A DNA stretch of 64,000 nucleotides, from NCBI RefSeq assembly GCF_963921235.1, contig NC_086097.1:162132001-162196000 (forward strand), read 5' to 3'. The DNA is from Mobula hypostoma. Its lineage: Eukaryota. The position numbers were made by a program, and so were the translations under genes. This document shows, piece after piece, positions 62,070-64,000 of the stretch (position 1 is the stretch's first letter; each line of letters opens with the position of its first letter). The notes beneath the pieces were generated by a model, which worked only from the letters and a program-made list of their open reading frames with translations, was not told the origin of the DNA and searched no databases.

Positions 62070-63850
62070 AGGTCTCTCAGTGGGTGAGCATTTCACCCAC
62101 AGTGAGGTGGGGGGTGGTTATTATGATGTTATTAAGCAGGAACTTGAGAGCATAACTCAAGAACAGATGTTCTCATGAAAATACACAACAGAGATGTGGA
62201 GGTTGTTTAGGGAGTACTTACATGGGGTTCTGGATATATTTGTCCTATTGAGGTAGGGAAAGGATGGTAGGGTGAGGGAACTAATAGTTGAACTAAGAGC
62301 ATCTTGTGAAATGACAGAAAAAAATTTCTAAAGGTTTAGGAAGCAAGGTAGGTCATATCTTAGGTGCCTGATAGAGCTCTTTGATAATTAGACAAAGCAC
62401 ATCGATGAAGGTAGAGCAGTGGATGTGGTGAATATGGATTTTGGTAAAGCATTTGATGAAGGTTCCCCACGTTAAGCTCAATCAGAAAGTCAGGAGGCAT
62501 GGGATCCAGGGAAACTTGGCTGTATGGATTCAGAATTGGCTTGCCTACAGAAGACAGAAGGTGGTGTAGATGGAGGGTTTACTGCGTGGAGGTCAGTGAC
62601 ATTTTCTGGGATTCCTGATCTTTGTGGTTTTTATAAATGGCTTGGATAATGAAGCAGAAGGGTGAGTTAATAAGTTTGCAGATGACACGAAGGTTGATGA
62701 TGTTGTGGATAGTTTCGAAGATTCCCGTAGCTTGCAACAGGATATTGACAAGATGCAAAGCTGGGCTGAGAAGTGGCAAATAGAGTTCAACCTGAAAAGT
62801 TGTGAAGTGATTCACTTGGGAAGGTCAAATTTGACGGTAGAATTCAAGTTCAAGTTTAATTTTCCATTCAACCATAAACAGGTACACAGCTAAACGAAAT
62901 AATATTCCTCCTAGTCCAAGGTGCAAAGCCCAGAACATACAATCACACACAGCAGAGATATTTACAATAGCATATACTGTCTCAAAATAATATTAGCAGA
63001 AGTTTCTGAGTGACATGGCCTGAAGATTGATTCATCCTGGAACAAGCACACAGCAGTCCCTCATCCTGCGCTGAGTCAACCACAGATGAAGGCAATCCAG
63101 CTTGTCTACAAGGGAGCAAACACCGAAGGGTAGCACTGACGGGAGAGCGGCTTAATACATGGTTAATGGCAGAATTCTTAGTGGTGTGAAGGAACAGCTG
63201 GATCTTGGCTATGTGACCATAGAGCCCTTAAAGTTGCCACAGAAGTTAATATGGTGGCTAAGAAGGTACATGGTGTTGGCCTTCATTTTTCGGGCGATTG
63301 AGTTCAAGAGACATGAGGTAATGTTGCAGCTCCATAAAACCCTGGTTAGACCACGCTTGGAGTATTGTGTTCAATTGTAATCACCTCATAGGAAGAATGT
63401 GGATGCTTTAGAGAGGATGCAGAGGAGATTTCCACGATGCTGTCTGGATTATAGAGCATGTCTTGTGACAATAGGTTGAATGAGCTAGGGCTGTTTGGGG
63501 AGCAAAGAAGAATGAGAAGTGACTTGATAGAGGTGTACAAGATGATAAGAGACATAGATCGAGTGGACAGTCAGAGACCTTTTACCAAGGCGGAAATTTC
63601 TAACATGTGAGGGCGTAATTTAATGGTGCTTGGAGGAAAAGTATAGGGGGGATGTCAGAGTTAAGATTTTATACAGAGAGTGGTGGTTGCATGGAAAGCG
63701 CTGCCACGAGTGGTGGTGGAGACAGATATGTTACAAGTATGTAAGAGACTCTTTGACAGCCACATGGAGGGCAATGATATTGATCTTAGAGTTGGTTGAA
63801 AGGCCAGCACAATACTGTGAGTGGAAGAGTCAACTTTGCTGTAGTGTTCT
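62070..63850 (+). mobile_element. Decayed CR1 LINE with deletions and an insertion at ~62841-63155
   Basis: MDFGKAFD, KFADDTKV, LQQDIDKMQSWAEKWQ, LVRPRLEYCVQ remnants. Confidence 0.8.
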
Positions 63851-64000
63851 ATCCAGGTCAAGCAACATCCATAGAGAGAAAGCAGTTCATTTTACAGAAT
63901 TAGCTGTTGAATGGTATGCTAAGTAGTCATTGTTTAGAAATTGTTCTCTTTGCCCCTTTTACATTTCATTATTCTAAGTATGTTTTGTAGCAGGTTTCTG

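Overview
Eukaryotic, transposon-dense genomic DNA. It is most likely from a cartilaginous fish (shark/ray), inferred from the CR1/Penelope/Rex1/tRNA-SINE repeat mix and not proven. The window is an internal part of the focal adhesion kinase gene PTK2 (FAK) on the + strand. Three coding exons are clear: 2171-2375 (end of kinase domain), 47813-47924 (contains the FRNK-equivalent Met) and 60634-60720 (Pro/Ser-rich region), separated by introns of about 45.4 kb and 12.7 kb. Nearly all other ORFs in the track are retroelement or transposon remnants: CR1, Rex1/Babar-like, RTE, Penelope-like (PLE), one Ty3/Gypsy Mag-type provirus, Tc1, Tigger/pogo, hAT and Harbinger-like MITEs. The most unusual signal is a set of PLE insertions carrying minimal type I hammerhead ribozymes, built as fold-back palindromes between 13-14 bp target-site duplications (TSDs). 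They include a perfect 248-bp palindrome attached to a 283-nt tandem-hammerhead mini-unit (retrozyme-like), a 1.7-kb hairpin, a copy split by nested DNA transposons, and a 54-bp scar that looks like a collapsed hairpin. Two TE-free islands hold a candidate FRNK promoter/leader exon and a candidate alternative PTK2 terminal exon. TE boundaries without a TSD or TIR are approximate and were read by eye.
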